From Flavobacteriaceae bacterium (GTDB lineage: Bacteria > Bacteroidota > Bacteroidia > Flavobacteriales > Flavobacteriaceae), in contig JBMYNJ010000003.1 in the NCBI GenBank assembly GCA_049598145.1, positions 1,489 through 65,488 of the forward strand: a DNA stretch of 64,000 nt. Reading direction: 5' to 3'. Shown in pieces: positions 1-11,866 of this stretch; position 1 is the first letter of the stretch; each line of letters begins with the position of its first letter. Below the pieces are notes generated by a model. It saw nothing but the letters and a program-made list of their open reading frames with translations. It was not told the DNA's origin and ran no database searches. Made by a program: the position numbers and the translations under genes.

Positions 1-239
1 AATCCTTTGACTACATTAAATCCAGTTACTTCTTCGACTTGAGACTCCAGATGTTCGCCGATGCTTTGGGCAAGGACATGAGGTGCTTGTTTGATCTGAC
101 GGAGTAGTGGAAAAACTACAAGGGTAAGATCGCCTTCAAAATCTTTTCGGGTCGCCTGAAATTCAATTGTATGAATCTCACATGCAAAGGTTTCTTTTAA
201 AAATGCGGATATCTTTGGTTGCAGTATTTGCTGGATCAC
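1..239 (-). CDS. argS: arginine--tRNA ligase, N-terminal fragment (gene runs off the left edge)
   Basis: The reverse strand reads (V)IQQILQPKISAFLKETFACEIHTIEFQATRKDFEGDLTLVVFPLLRQIKQAPHVLAQSIGEHLESQVEEVTGFNVVKGF, which I recognise as the ArgS N-terminal domain. The frame is open to the window edge. GTG at 239 is preferred to the in-frame TTG at 260 because a TAnnTTTG box covers 258-265. Confidence 0.6.
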   Translation of the reverse strand, partial: MIQQILQPKISAFLKETFACEIHTIEFQATRKDFEGDLTLVVFPLLRQIKQAPHVLAQSIGEHLESQVEEVTGFNVVKG

Positions 240-257
240 AGAATCAAAATTTTTCGG

Positions 258-265
258 CAAAGATA
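258..265 (-). promoter_or_regulatory. candidate Bacteroidetes -7 promoter box (TATCTTTG on minus strand) for argS
   Basis: Plus-strand CAAAGATA is TATCTTTG on the minus strand, matching TAnnTTTG about 19 nt upstream of the GTG at 239. Confidence 0.35.
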
Positions 266-361
266 CACTTTTATCAGGGGGACTGCTGAGGTTCACAGCC
301 GATAAGTTTCAAGGGATTTAGAAAGAACGACCCGGTAAATATTAATATCTTTAAAACAAAA

Positions 362-787
362 ATGCTGAGGAATGTTTCCTACAATGACCCTAAGCTTCAA
401 GCGACTATTGATGCCGCTGTTGGAGCGCCTTACCCGCTGATGGAGCGATTCAAAAGGAAAGGGATCGGCTCTTCAAAACTAATAGTTAAGCAAGCTTCAA
501 AAGAGATTCACTCCTTATATGCACTGGATCACAACAATAACAGTTGCAACATCGAAATGCGACCCCAGGGGATTATAATTCGATTCCGCAGTCTTTTGGA
601 AACTTATGCCTTAGTGATTCCTTACTATAAACTACAGCTCTACAAAGGGGAAGCCGAAGCCTATACGGTTTACATGGATCACCATTTCCTTCGAATCAAA
701 GCCCGAGCAGAAGCGGATCACCGTTTTTTTAGAAAAATTTTGGCTGAAAAGGCGGCGCAAACACCGCCTTCATTAGAAGATTTATAA
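362..787 (+). CDS. hypothetical protein, 141 aa, no signal peptide
   Basis: An intact ORF in an otherwise empty interval. It is convergent with gltA and overlaps its 3' end by 6 nt. I recognise no family. Confidence 0.5.
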   Translation: MLRNVSYNDPKLQATIDAAVGAPYPLMERFKRKGIGSSKLIVKQASKEIHSLYALDHNNNSCNIEMRPQGIIIRFRSLLETYALVIPYYKLQLYKGEAEAYTVYMDHHFLRIKARAEADHRFFRKILAEKAAQTPPSLEDL

Positions 788-2053
788 GTTTCTTTCTGTC
801 GCTCCCGTATAGATTTGACGAGGGCGTCCGATGGGTTCCCTCTGCATACGCATTTCACGCCATTGGGCAATCCAACCCGGCAAACGCCCTAGCGCAAACA
901 TAACCGTAAACATCTCCGTAGGGATCCCGAGAGCTCGGTAAATAATTCCGGAATAAAAATCCACATTGGGGTATAACTTACGCTCAACGAAATAAGGATC
1001 TTTAAGTGCTTCTTGTTCCAAGCCTTTGGCAATCTCCAAAATAGGGTCTTCAATTCCCAAATCATTCAGAACTTCATCTGCTGCCTTTTTGATGATACGA
1101 GCTCGGGGATCAAAGTTTTTATACACCCGATGTCCAAAGCCCATTAAACGGAAGGGATCGTTTTTATCTTTGGCCTTGGCCATATACTTCTTCGTGTCTC
1201 CCCCATCCTGTCGAATAGCTTCCAACATTTCTAAAACCGCTTGATTGGCGCCCCCATGTAACGGACCCCACAGAGCGGAAATCCCTGAGGAAACCGAAGC
1301 AAACAAACCCGCTTGGGAGGACCCAACAATGCGAACGGTAGAGGTCGAACAGTTCTGTTCGTGATCGGCATGTAAAATCAATAGCTTGTTAATGGCATTA
1401 ATGACCTTCATATTGGGGACATAATCCTGATGGGGCATTTTAAACATCATGTGCGCGATGTTTTGCTCATAATCCAGAGATGTATTTGCATAATTTAAAG
1501 GAAGCCCTTTGACCTTTCGATGTGCCCAGGCACAAAGAATCGGAAATTTAGCCATCAGTAGTACAATGGCATCATACATATCCTTTTCCGAATCAACGTC
1601 AACGGAGGAGGGATTAAATGCGATTAATGCCGATGTCAATGAAGACAAAACTCCCATTGGATGTGCCGCTTTAGGGAAGCTTTTTAAGATGATTTTAATG
1701 TCTTCATCTACCAAAGATTCTGTACGGATATCGGCATCAAACTTCTTAATCTGTTGTGCCGTAGGCATATCCCCAAAAATAAGGAGATAAGCGACCTCCA
1801 AAAAAGAGGCCTTATCAGCCAATTCTTCAATAGAATATCCTCGGTAGCGAAGTATTCCTTGCTCCCCATCCAAGAAAGTGATCCCGCTTTGGCAAGAGCC
1901 GGTATTCTTAAATCCTGGATCGTAAGTAATTAATCCGGTTTGGGATCGAAGGCTTTTAATATCAATTCCTAGTTCGCTTTCGGAACCTTGAACAAGGGGA
2001 AATTCAAAGCTTTTATCTCCATGGGTTAAAGTAACTGACTGACTCATATTCAA
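782..2053 (-). CDS. gltA: citrate synthase
   Basis: 423 aa with the GFGHRVYKNFDPRA signature and the HADHEQN active-site region. Confidence 0.95.
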   Translation of the reverse strand: MNMSQSVTLTHGDKSFEFPLVQGSESELGIDIKSLRSQTGLITYDPGFKNTGSCQSGITFLDGEQGILRYRGYSIEELADKASFLEVAYLLIFGDMPTAQQIKKFDADIRTESLVDEDIKIILKSFPKAAHPMGVLSSLTSALIAFNPSSVDVDSEKDMYDAIVLLMAKFPILCAWAHRKVKGLPLNYANTSLDYEQNIAHMMFKMPHQDYVPNMKVINAINKLLILHADHEQNCSTSTVRIVGSSQAGLFASVSSGISALWGPLHGGANQAVLEMLEAIRQDGGDTKKYMAKAKDKNDPFRLMGFGHRVYKNFDPRARIIKKAADEVLNDLGIEDPILEIAKGLEQEALKDPYFVERKLYPNVDFYSGIIYRALGIPTEMFTVMFALGRLPGWIAQWREMRMQREPIGRPRQIYTGATERNL

Positions 2054-2080
2054 ATTATTTTAGATAACAGGATTCCTAAA

Positions 2081-3370
<1,290 letters not shown>

Positions 3371-3376
3371 TTAAAT

Positions 3377-4489
3377 TCAATTGGTTTTATAGGTTAATAA
3401 TAGTTCTTTAAACTGATCAAATAAGTAGGTGGCATCGTTTGTTCCGGGAGCTGCTTCAGGATGGTATTGAACTGAAAAACAGTTGTGTCCTTCCACCTCA
3501 ATTCCAGCGACGGTATCGTCGTTTAAGTGTAAGTGTGTGATCGTAACATTGGGATGCGCTTCCGTAGCTGCTTTATCGATCGCGAACCCGTGATTTTGCG
3601 AAGTGATTTCCCCTTTTTTCGTTTTAAGATTAATCACTGGATGGTTAATCCCCCGGTGTCCATTAAACATTTTATAAGTAGGAATACCGTTGGCCAAAGC
3701 AATGACTTGATGTCCTAAACAGATTCCAAAAAGAGGTTTTTTATCGGCCAAAATGGCTTGAGCTAAGGCAATAGGTTCTTTTAATGGCTCAGGGTCTCCC
3801 GGACCATTCGAAAGAAAATACCCATCAGGTTCCCAGGCTCGCATGGTTTCATAGGTGGTGTCATACGGAAATACTTTGACCTGAATCCCTCTTGCTGTAA
3901 TGTGATTTAGGATATTTTGCTTTACTCCTAAATCCAATACAGCTACTTTTAGAGGAGCATTAGGATTTCCCAGAGTGTAGGGCTCTTGGGTAGAGACTTT
4001 AGAAGCCAACTCTAGGCCTTCCATAGCGGGTTGTTGCTGCAATTGTTTGTGGATTTGATCTAATCGATCCAAATCGGTAGTAATCGCAGCATTCATAGCT
4101 CCATGATCACGAATATAGCGAACCAGGGCACGGGTGTCTACGTCAGAAATCGTCAGGCGTTCGGCCGCTTTTAAATAAGCGTCTAAGCTGTTGTCCGCTG
4201 CCGGACGTGAATACGGGTAGCTAAAATTTTTACAGACCAACCCGGCAATCTTAATTCCTTGGGACTGATCATCTTCACTAAACACGCCGTAGTTTCCAAT
4301 ATGAGCGTTCGTAGTAACCATGATCTGACCAAAATATGAGGGATCAGTGAAAATCTCTTGATATCCAGTCATTCCGGTGTTAAAACAAATCTCACCGAAG
4401 GAAGTTCCCACTAATCCGGTTGTTTTTCCTCGAAATTGGGTTCCATCAGCAAGCAGTAAAACGGCGGGTTTTCTTTCAGTATATTTCAT
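3377..4489 (-). CDS. carA: carbamoyl-phosphate synthase small (glutaminase) subunit
   Basis: 370 aa with the GICLGHQ class-I amidotransferase nucleophile elbow and a CPSase small-subunit N-domain. Confidence 0.93.
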   Translation of the reverse strand: MKYTERKPAVLLLADGTQFRGKTTGLVGTSFGEICFNTGMTGYQEIFTDPSYFGQIMVTTNAHIGNYGVFSEDDQSQGIKIAGLVCKNFSYPYSRPAADNSLDAYLKAAERLTISDVDTRALVRYIRDHGAMNAAITTDLDRLDQIHKQLQQQPAMEGLELASKVSTQEPYTLGNPNAPLKVAVLDLGVKQNILNHITARGIQVKVFPYDTTYETMRAWEPDGYFLSNGPGDPEPLKEPIALAQAILADKKPLFGICLGHQVIALANGIPTYKMFNGHRGINHPVINLKTKKGEITSQNHGFAIDKAATEAHPNVTITHLHLNDDTVAGIEVEGHNCFSVQYHPEAAPGTNDATYLFDQFKELLLTYKTN

Positions 4490-4512
4490 TTGATTTCGAT
4501 GTAAAATTAAGA

Positions 4513-4545
4513 TAAAAAAAAGGACAAACCATAGGGTTTGTCCTT
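4513..4545 (-). terminator. rho-independent terminator ending the ribosomal superoperon
   Basis: An 11-bp stem (AAGGACAAACC / GGTTTGTCCTT) with a 4-nt loop. On the minus strand it is followed by a run of T (plus-strand A-run 4514-4521). It lies about 30 nt downstream of the rplQ stop. Confidence 0.75.
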
Positions 4546-4576
4546 CAGAATATTGGAGCCGGGAAACACCTGAGTG

Positions 4577-5119
4577 TTAGGCATTATCATCGGCAGTATC
4601 TTCAGATTTTTCAACGGCTTTCTCTTCAACAGTTGGAGTTTCCTCGGCTGAAGCCTCAACTGGTGGAGCTTCCTGGACCTCTTCCACTGGAGCAGCTTCC
4701 TTTTTGGTGCGGCTACGGCGTGTAGTCTTTTTCTTGGCCGGTTTTTCAGTGGTGTAAGTTTCGTTAAAATCCACCAATTCAATCATGGCCATAGATGCGT
4801 TATCTCCCAAACGATTTCCCAATCGGATGATTCGCGTATATCCTCCTGGACGGTCCCCTACCTTTTGGGCTACTGGGCCGAAAAGTTCGGTCACAGCATA
4901 TTTGTTCCGTAAGGAACTAAAAGCGAGTCGTCGGTTATGGGTCGTATCGTTTTTGGCTTTGGTGATGATAGGCTCTACAAAAACCTTGAGCGCCTTGGCC
5001 TTAGTTAAGGTCGTATTGATTCGTTTATGTTCAATCAAACTGCAAGCCATATTGGCAAGCATCGACTTGCGGTGGGCGGTTTTACGCCCCAAGTGCATTA
5101 CTTTTTTTCCGTGTCTCAT
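4577..5119 (-). CDS. rplQ: 50S ribosomal protein L17 with a long basic-then-acidic C-terminal tail
   Basis: The N-terminus [24 protein letters not shown] is canonical L17. The protein is 180 aa. Confidence 0.95.
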   Translation of the reverse strand: MRHGKKVMHLGRKTAHRKSMLANMACSLIEHKRINTTLTKAKALKVFVEPIITKAKNDTTHNRRLAFSSLRNKYAVTELFGPVAQKVGDRPGGYTRIIRLGNRLGDNASMAMIELVDFNETYTTEKPAKKKTTRRSRTKKEAAPVEEVQEAPPVEASAEETPTVEEKAVEKSEDTADDNA

Positions 5120-5144
5120 CTCAGATCATTTGTGCGCTAAGCGC

Positions 5145-6137
5145 TTATTCTTTATCTAATTTGTATTTCGAGAGGTCCATTCCAAATTGAAGTCCCTTTA
5201 ACACCACAAGCTCTTCCAGCTCGGTAAGAGATTTCTTTCCAAAGTTTCGGAATTTCATCAAATCGTTTTTGTTATAGGAAACCAGATCGCCTAAGGTATC
5301 TACTTCGGCCGCCTTTAAGCAGTTTAAAGCGCGAACGGATAGATCCATATCGGTCAGTTTAGTTTTTAACAACTGTCGCATGTGTAAAGACTCCTCATCA
5401 TAGGTTTCTGTTTCAGCGATCTCATCAGATTCTAAAGTGATGCGCTCATCGGAGAACAACAAGAAGTGGTGGATTAAAGTTTTAGCCGCTTCGGTCAATG
5501 CATCTTTCGGATGGATAGAGCCATCGGTGACTACTTCAAAAAGGAGTTTTTCGTAATCCGTTTTTTGTTCCACACGGAAATTTTCGATGCTATACTTCAC
5601 ATTTTTAATCGGAGTATAAATGGAATCGATAGCGATTACTCCTAAGGCAGCATTCGGATTTTTATTTTCCTCAGCTGGAACATAACCTCTACCCTTTTCT
5701 ATAGTGACTTCCATATTTAACTGAACGTCCTTTTCCAAATTACAGATCACCAAATCGGGATTTAATACCTGAAAACCGGAAATGAATTTTTGAAAGTCAG
5801 AAGCTTTCAATTGATCCTGGCCTCCAAAGGAAATGGTTACTTTTTCGTTTTCCACTTCATCAATCTGACGCTTGAGTCGGATTTGTTTGAGGTTGAGGAT
5901 AATCTCAGTTACGTCTTCAACCACTCCGGGGATCGTAGAGAATTCGTGTTCTACTCCCTCGATTTTAAGCGATGTGATGGCAAATCCTTCCAAGGAAGAA
6001 AGCAACACTCGGCGAAGTGCGTTTCCAACCGTCAACCCATAACCGGGTTCCAGAGGACGAAATTCGAATTTGCCTTCGAATTCGGAGGAATCGATCATGA
6101 TGACTTTGTCGGGTTTTTGAAAATTTAATATAGCCAT
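5145..6137 (-). CDS. rpoA: DNA-directed RNA polymerase alpha subunit
   Basis: 330 aa, with the [11 protein letters not shown] motif and the expected position in the alpha operon. Confidence 0.96.
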   Translation of the reverse strand: MAILNFQKPDKVIMIDSSEFEGKFEFRPLEPGYGLTVGNALRRVLLSSLEGFAITSLKIEGVEHEFSTIPGVVEDVTEIILNLKQIRLKRQIDEVENEKVTISFGGQDQLKASDFQKFISGFQVLNPDLVICNLEKDVQLNMEVTIEKGRGYVPAEENKNPNAALGVIAIDSIYTPIKNVKYSIENFRVEQKTDYEKLLFEVVTDGSIHPKDALTEAAKTLIHHFLLFSDERITLESDEIAETETYDEESLHMRQLLKTKLTDMDLSVRALNCLKAAEVDTLGDLVSYNKNDLMKFRNFGKKSLTELEELVVLKGLQFGMDLSKYKLDKE

Positions 6138-6157
6138 AGTACGTAATTGCTGATTAA

Positions 6158-6766
6158 TTATTTAGAGTAAAGTTCGACGATGAGTTGTTCCTTGATTTGC
6201 TCAGGAATCTGTAAACGCTGGGGTAGGGTAACATAAGTACCTTCCATGGTATCGCGGTTCCAGGTCAACCACTCATAGACATTACTACTACTCCCGTCAA
6301 GCGATTCGGCGATCACTTGAAGAGATTTTGATTTTTCGCGGACTCCCACAACATCCCCTACCCGTAATTGATACGAAGGAACATTTACGATGTTTCCGTT
6401 GACAGTGATGTGGCGATGAGAAACCAATTGGCGGGCGCCTGAACGCGTTTTCCCGATCCCCAATCGATAAACTACGTTATCCAAACGAGATTCACATAGC
6501 TGTAAAAGTACTTCCCCGGTCACCCCTTTACTGCGACTGGCTTTTTCGAAAAGGTTACGGAATTGACGTTCCAAAATGCCATAGGTAAATTTGGCTTTTT
6601 GCTTCTCCATCAATTGGATGGCATATTCAGATTTTTTACCTCGGCGACGGTTGTTTCCGTGTTGTCCCGGAGGATAATTGCGTTTTTCAAACGACTTGTC
6701 TTCTCCAAAAATGGGTTCTCCAAATTTGCGAGCAATTTTTGTTTTTGGACCGGTATATCTAGCCAT
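6158..6766 (-). CDS. rpsD: 30S ribosomal protein S4
   Basis: [20 protein letters not shown]; 202 aa. Confidence 0.96.
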   Translation of the reverse strand: MARYTGPKTKIARKFGEPIFGEDKSFEKRNYPPGQHGNNRRRGKKSEYAIQLMEKQKAKFTYGILERQFRNLFEKASRSKGVTGEVLLQLCESRLDNVVYRLGIGKTRSGARQLVSHRHITVNGNIVNVPSYQLRVGDVVGVREKSKSLQVIAESLDGSSSNVYEWLTWNRDTMEGTYVTLPQRLQIPEQIKEQLIVELYSK

Positions 6767-6852
6767 AGTTTTAAATTTTGTGCGGGCCTGTGAATTAAGG
6801 TCTTTAATCCTTCGACAGGGGGCTCCTGCACGTGGTTAATGATAATACTGTA

Positions 6853-7236
6853 TTAGACGCGTCGACGTTTAGGAGGACGACATCCGTTGTGTGGAAGTGG
6901 AGTAACATCAACAATTTCAGTTACTTCAATTCCATTATTATGTAAGGTTCGGATAGCCGACTCACGACCATTTCCGGGGCCTTTAACGAAAACACGCACT
7001 TTTCTTAATCCGGCTTCCTGCGCAATTTTGGCACAATCTTCTGCAGCAGTTTGAGCAGCATAGGGCGTGTTCTTTTTGGAGCCTCTAAAGCCCATTTTTC
7101 CGGCAGAGGACCAAGAGATCACTTCTCCTTTGAGGTTGGTTAAAGAAATGATGATGTTGTTAAATGAAGCATTGATGTGTGCTTCACCGTTTGACTCTAC
7201 CACCACCTTGCGTTTTTTACTAGATGCTTTTGCCAT
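6853..7236 (-). CDS. rpsK: 30S ribosomal protein S11
   Basis: 127 aa with a C-terminus of [13 protein letters not shown]. Confidence 0.96.
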   Translation of the reverse strand: MAKASSKKRKVVVESNGEAHINASFNNIIISLTNLKGEVISWSSAGKMGFRGSKKNTPYAAQTAAEDCAKIAQEAGLRKVRVFVKGPGNGRESAIRTLHNNGIEVTEIVDVTPLPHNGCRPPKRRRV

Positions 7237-7246
7237 AATCTAATGC

Positions 7247-7621
7247 TTATTTGGTTGCTTTCTTCTTGTTTGCAACAGTTTTTCTTTTCCCTTTGCGCGT
7301 ACGAGAGTTGTTTTTAGTACGCTGTCCACGAAGGGGTAATCCTGATCGGTGACGGATTCCTCGTTGACATCCAATATCCATCAAACGCTTGATGTTTAAT
7401 TGGATTTCAGAGCGGAGCTCCCCTTCGATTTTATATTGTCCGACAACGTCCCGGATTCGAGAGATCTCATCGTCGCTCCAGTCCGATACTTTAGTGTCTT
7501 CGCTTACTTTCGCAGCAGCGAGGATTTCTTGTGCTCGGCTTTTTCCGATTCCGAAGATATACGTCAACGAAATAACACCGCGCTTTTGTTTGGGGATATC
7601 AACCCCTGAAATTCGTGCCAT
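7247..7621 (-). CDS. rpsM: 30S ribosomal protein S13
   Basis: [14 protein letters not shown]; 124 aa. Confidence 0.96.
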   Translation of the reverse strand: MARISGVDIPKQKRGVISLTYIFGIGKSRAQEILAAAKVSEDTKVSDWSDDEISRIRDVVGQYKIEGELRSEIQLNIKRLMDIGCQRGIRHRSGLPLRGQRTKNNSRTRKGKRKTVANKKKATK

Positions 7622-7624
7622 AAT

Positions 7625-7741
7625 TTATCCTTGTCTTTGTTTGAATCGAGGATTCTTTTTGTTAATCACATATAAACGTCCTTTGCGGCGTACAATTTTG
7701 CACTCCGGACTTCTTTTCTTTAAGGAAGCTCTTACTTTCAT
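7625..7741 (-). CDS. rpmJ: 50S ribosomal protein L36 (not in the ORF track, below the size cutoff)
   Basis: My own translation of the reverse strand gives [38 protein letters not shown]. It sits in the canonical slot between infA and rpsM. Confidence 0.92.
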   Translation of the reverse strand: MKVRASLKKRSPECKIVRRKGRLYVINKKNPRFKQRQG

Positions 7742-7750
7742 CGCTTGTAT

Positions 7751-7966
7751 TTAAAATCTATAAGTAATCCTTGCTTTGGTTAAATCGTAAGGACTCATTT
7801 CTAATTTGACTTTGTCTCCCGGGAGCAATTTGATATAATGCAACCGCATTTTTCCGGAAATATGGGCGGTAACTACATGCCCATTTTCCAATTCCACTCG
7901 AAACATTGCGTTAGATAATGCTTCGATGATGGTTCCTTCTTGTTCTATTGCTGCTTGTTTGGCCAT
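7751..7966 (-). CDS. infA: translation initiation factor IF-1
   Basis: 71 aa; [30 protein letters not shown], an S1-like fold. Confidence 0.96.
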   Translation of the reverse strand: MAKQAAIEQEGTIIEALSNAMFRVELENGHVVTAHISGKMRLHYIKLLPGDKVKLEMSPYDLTKARITYRF

Positions 7967-7969
7967 AGC

Positions 7970-9316
7970 TTATGCAGTTCTTCGGTTTTTACCTGTTTTC
8001 ATTAAACCGTCGTAATGGCGGTTCAACAGGTATGAGTTCACCTGCTGGATCGTATCAATAGCAACGCCTACTAAAATCAGTAAAGACGTTCCACCGTAGA
8101 ACAAGGCCCAACCTTGCTGCATCCCAATCAATTTTACAACGATGGCCGGAAAAACGGCTAAAATCGCAAGGAAAAGAGAACCGGGAAGAGTGATGTGCGA
8201 CATAACAGTATCAAGATATTCGGACGTTTCATTCCCCGGACGAATCCCAGGAATAAACCCTCCGCTTCTTTTTAAATCGTCTGACATTCGATTGGTCGGG
8301 ACGGTAATTGCAGTATAGAAATACGTAAATACGATGATCAATAAACCAAATACAATATTGTACCACAATCCGAAGATATCAGAGAAGTTCGCCTGCAACC
8401 ACTGGCCTGCGTTGGAATTCCCCATAGCTCCACCGATATAAGCTGGAGCAAACATAATCGCCTGGGCAAAAATGATGGGCATCACTCCAGAGGCGTTTAA
8501 GCGGAGCGGAATATATTGGCGACTGCCTAAAGCCGAACGGTCAGCGGAAGGTCCTTGAGTACGGCGGGCATATTGCACAGGGATTTGCCGAACCGCTAGG
8601 ACCAGTAAAATACTGCACAGGACCACCACTACAAAAAGAACCAATTCTATCAGGACAAGCATTAGCCCACCGTTGTTTTCACTTACACGAGAAACGACTT
8701 CCTGAGCAAACGAAAGCGGAAGGTTGGCAATGATCCCTACCATGATTAAGAGGGAAATCCCATTTCCGATTCCCCGATCAGTAATTTTTTCTCCCAGCCA
8801 CATGGCAAATATGGTTCCGGTTACTAAGATCACTACCGAAGAACCAATGAATAAAGGACCTCGTCCGAGAACAAAGGCAGATTCTGGCACACCCAAAGCA
8901 CTTAAACCATACAAATAAGCTGGGGCTTGAACCACACAGATTAAGATGGTTAACCATCGCGTAATTTGTGTAATTTTTTTACGACCGCTCTCCCCTTCTT
9001 TCTGAAGTTTTTGGAGATAGGGAATTGCTATTCCCATCAGTTGGACCACAATAGAGGCAGAGATATAAGGCATGATTCCGAGGGCAAACACTGAGGCATT
9101 GGCAAAGGCGCCCCCAGTAAAGGCGTTAAGAATTCCTAATAATCCTGCACCACTCGAACGAGAGGATAATTCAGCCAACTGAACGGAGTCGATCCCTGGT
9201 AAAACAATCTGGGCTCCAAAACGGTAGACCAACAACAGCAAAAGAGTGGTACCAATACGGTTGCGCAACTCTTCGATGTTGTACATATTAACGAGGGTGT
9301 CGATTATTTTTTTCAT
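7970..9316 (-). CDS. secY: preprotein translocase subunit SecY
   Basis: A 448-aa polytopic membrane protein at the end of the spc block. Confidence 0.95.
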   Translation of the reverse strand: MKKIIDTLVNMYNIEELRNRIGTTLLLLLVYRFGAQIVLPGIDSVQLAELSSRSSGAGLLGILNAFTGGAFANASVFALGIMPYISASIVVQLMGIAIPYLQKLQKEGESGRKKITQITRWLTILICVVQAPAYLYGLSALGVPESAFVLGRGPLFIGSSVVILVTGTIFAMWLGEKITDRGIGNGISLLIMVGIIANLPLSFAQEVVSRVSENNGGLMLVLIELVLFVVVVLCSILLVLAVRQIPVQYARRTQGPSADRSALGSRQYIPLRLNASGVMPIIFAQAIMFAPAYIGGAMGNSNAGQWLQANFSDIFGLWYNIVFGLLIIVFTYFYTAITVPTNRMSDDLKRSGGFIPGIRPGNETSEYLDTVMSHITLPGSLFLAILAVFPAIVVKLIGMQQGWALFYGGTSLLILVGVAIDTIQQVNSYLLNRHYDGLMKTGKNRRTA

Positions 9317-9325
9317 AGGCCTGTA

Positions 9326-9781
9326 TTATTCAATCACTACAGCTTCACCTCCAGCGGCTTCAATCGCGCTTTTAGCAGAAGCGGTGAATTTGTGAGCACT
9401 AATCTTGATCCCTGCTTTTAATTCGCCTCGACCTAAAATTTTTACTAAGTCGCTTTTTCCGGCTAAGCGAAGCTCCACCAATTGATCAAAAGAGACTTCT
9501 GTACCAATTTGTTTGGCTTCGGATAAGGCTTGCAGGGTATCCAGATTAATCCCGGTATATTCTTTTCTATTGATATTTTTGAATCCAAACTTTGGAACGC
9601 GGCGTTGTAGGGGCATTTGACCTCCTTCAAAACCAATCTTTTTGGAATATCCTGAACGCGACTTCGCTCCTTTGTGACCACGGGTAGCCGTGCCGCCTTT
9701 TCCGGAACCTTGACCACGACCAACACGCTTGGCGTTCTTATGGGTAGCGCCCGATGCTGGGCTTAAACTATCTAAACTCAT
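9326..9781 (-). CDS. rplO: 50S ribosomal protein L15
   Basis: 151 aa with a Gly/Lys/Arg-rich N-terminus, RVGRGQGSGKGGTATRGHKG. Confidence 0.95.
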   Translation of the reverse strand: MSLDSLSPASGATHKNAKRVGRGQGSGKGGTATRGHKGAKSRSGYSKKIGFEGGQMPLQRRVPKFGFKNINRKEYTGINLDTLQALSEAKQIGTEVSFDQLVELRLAGKSDLVKILGRGELKAGIKISAHKFTASAKSAIEAAGGEAVVIE

Positions 9782-9793
9782 ACGACTATTCTT

Positions 9794-9973
9794 TTAGGCT
9801 TCGCTTACGCTTACCAAATGTTTTACTTTTTCGACCATCCCTAAAATACTGGGGCTTGCCTCATGTGTAACGGTTTTCCCAATCCCCTTTAACCCTAAAG
9901 CTTCTAAGGTGCGCTTTTGGGATTGAAGGCGTTTAATTCCGCTTTTGATTTGTGTTACTTTAATCTGCGCCAT
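9794..9973 (-). CDS. rpmD: 50S ribosomal protein L30 (not in the ORF track, below the size cutoff)
   Basis: My own translation gives MAQIKVTQIKSGIKRLQSQKRTLEALGLKGIGKTVTHEASPSILGMVEKVKHLVSVSEA*. It sits between rpsE and rplO. Confidence 0.9.
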   Translation of the reverse strand: MAQIKVTQIKSGIKRLQSQKRTLEALGLKGIGKTVTHEASPSILGMVEKVKHLVSVSEA

Positions 9974-9983
9974 TTACCTGAAT

Positions 9984-10508
9984 TTAACCGTTAAATACTT
10001 TATCCAATGAAATTCCACGTTGTTTGGCCACCATCCCCGGACTTCTGAGTTGAAGAAGCGCATCAAAGGTTGCTTTCACCACATTGTGAGGGTTTGAAGA
10101 ACCTTGAGACTTCGAGAGTACGTTATGCACCCCCACCGCTTCCAAAACCGAACGAACGGCTCCTCCGGCAATCACTCCAGTACCGGCAGAAGCAGGCTTT
10201 AAAAAAACACGAGCTCCACCAAACTTTCCTTTTTGTTCGTGGGGAAGCGTCCCATTTTGAATCGGGATGCGCACCAAGTTTTTCTTGGCATCTTCCACGG
10301 CTTTAGCGATCGCTTCAGAAACTTCTTTAGACTTTCCAAGACCTTGGCCTACCACTCCGTTTTCGTCTCCTACCACTACAATGGCAGAAAAACCGAATGC
10401 ACGACCTCCCTTGGTTACTTTAGTGACGCGTTGTACCCCCACCAAACGATCGTTGAGTTCTAAGCCTACAGGCTTTACAAGTTCTACATTAGGATAATTC
10501 TGATACAT
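9984..10508 (-). CDS. rpsE: 30S ribosomal protein S5
   Basis: 174 aa with the [21 protein letters not shown] motif. Confidence 0.96.
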   Translation of the reverse strand: MYQNYPNVELVKPVGLELNDRLVGVQRVTKVTKGGRAFGFSAIVVVGDENGVVGQGLGKSKEVSEAIAKAVEDAKKNLVRIPIQNGTLPHEQKGKFGGARVFLKPASAGTGVIAGGAVRSVLEAVGVHNVLSKSQGSSNPHNVVKATFDALLQLRSPGMVAKQRGISLDKVFNG

Positions 10509-10517
10509 ATTAGTTTT

Positions 10518-10874
10518 TTAAAATTTTAATCCCCCTTCACGTGCTCCGTCAGCCAATGCTTTCACTCGGCCATGGTAGAGGTATCCCCCTCGGTCGAATT
10601 GAATTGCTGAGATTCCCGCAGCTTGAGCTTTAGCGGCAATGGATTGCCCGACTAAAGCAGCTGTTTCAATTTTTGACTTCCCGGCAGCCTCTACATCTTT
10701 ATCACGAGAGGAAGCCGCAGCAAGGGTGGTTCCGTTTATATCATCGATCAACTGCGCATAGATTTCTTTGTTGCTTCGAAAGACGGAAAGTCTGGGAGTC
10801 GAAGCAGACCCGGAAATCGTTTTGCGAATACGAAATCGCAAGCGTTGTCTTCTGTCTGTTTTTGATAAGGCCAT
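10518..10874 (-). CDS. rplR: 50S ribosomal protein L18
   Basis: The listed 158-aa ORF is an over-extension. L18 starts at [18 protein letters not shown] (ATG 10872-10874), giving 118 aa and removing the overlap with rplF. Confidence 0.93.
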   Translation of the reverse strand: MALSKTDRRQRLRFRIRKTISGSASTPRLSVFRSNKEIYAQLIDDINGTTLAAASSRDKDVEAAGKSKIETAALVGQSIAAKAQAAGISAIQFDRGGYLYHGRVKALADGAREGGLKF

Positions 10875-10885
10875 AAGTAAATATT

Positions 10886-11428
10886 TTAGGCGGATTTCCC
10901 CGCTTTTCTTCGAATTTGTTCCCCGACAAAACGGACTCCTTTTCCTTTGTAAGGCTCGGGCTTGCGGAACGAACGAATCTTGGCCGCAACCCATCCCAAC
11001 AATTGCTTGTCGTGTGAGGAGAGTTTAACAATAGGATTTTTTCCTTTTTCAGAAATGGTTTCCACTTTCACCTCTGGAGCAATATCGAAAAGGATATTGT
11101 GAGAAAACCCAAGGGCTAAGTCCAATTTCTGTCCTTGGTTGGATGCGCGGTACCCGACCCCAACCAATTCCAACTCCTTAGTGAATCCTTGGCTTACACC
11201 CATCACCATGTTGTTGACCAAAGCGCGGTAGAGACCGTGCTTAGCCTTGTGGTCTTTGGATTCAGAAGATCTGGCGACCGTAAGCACATTGTCCTTTAGA
11301 TCAAAGCTTACGTCTGAATATTCTTGACTTAATTCTCCCAACTTCCCTTTTACGGTGATCTGACTCGGTTGAATATCAACGGTCACACCTTCGGGGATCG
11401 CAATGGGATTGTTACCTACTCTTGACAT
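10886..11428 (-). CDS. rplF: 50S ribosomal protein L6
   Basis: [17 protein letters not shown]; 180 aa. Confidence 0.96.
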   Translation of the reverse strand: MSRVGNNPIAIPEGVTVDIQPSQITVKGKLGELSQEYSDVSFDLKDNVLTVARSSESKDHKAKHGLYRALVNNMVMGVSQGFTKELELVGVGYRASNQGQKLDLALGFSHNILFDIAPEVKVETISEKGKNPIVKLSSHDKQLLGWVAAKIRSFRKPEPYKGKGVRFVGEQIRRKAGKSA

Positions 11429-11443
11429 AATTCAGTCGGTTTA

Positions 11444-11845
11444 TTAATGGACGTAGCACAGCAATTCGCCGCCTACATTCTGTTGTTTTGCTTGTTTTTC
11501 GGTCATCACCCCTTTGGAAGTAGAAACGATGGCAATTCCTAATCCGTTGAGGATACGAGGCATCTCTGTAGCTCCTGAATACTTGCGAAGCCCAGGCGTG
11601 CTGATGCGTTGCAAGGTTTTGATCACAGGTTCTTTGGTGAGCTTATCGTATTTTAAGGCGATTTTAATATTACCTTGTCCATTAGAGGTTTCTTCAAATT
11701 TGTAGCTGAGAATATAGCCCTGATCAAAAAGAATCTTGGTGATTTCTTTTTTCAAGTTGGAAGCAGGAACATCCACTACACGGTGTCCAGCGGAATTGGC
11801 GTTCCGGATTCGGGTTAAATAATCTGCAATAGGATCTGTAAACAT
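11444..11845 (-). CDS. rpsH: 30S ribosomal protein S8
   Basis: [16 protein letters not shown]; 133 aa. Confidence 0.96.
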   Translation of the reverse strand: MFTDPIADYLTRIRNANSAGHRVVDVPASNLKKEITKILFDQGYILSYKFEETSNGQGNIKIALKYDKLTKEPVIKTLQRISTPGLRKYSGATEMPRILNGLGIAIVSTSKGVMTEKQAKQQNVGGELLCYVH

Positions 11846-11866
11846 AATTCGTTCTTCTTTTAAGGA

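Noticed and set aside
4507-4782. A 91-aa ORF overlapping the L17 tail in another frame.
   Set aside because: It is the alternative frame of the low-complexity Lys/Glu/Pro tail coding region and runs through the operon terminator.
10875-10994. A 40-codon N-terminal extension of rplR in the listed 158-aa ORF (and the ORF 10741-11031).
   Set aside because: The extension overlaps the 3' end of rplF and has non-ribosomal composition. The canonical L18 start MALSK at 10874 fits the operon spacing.
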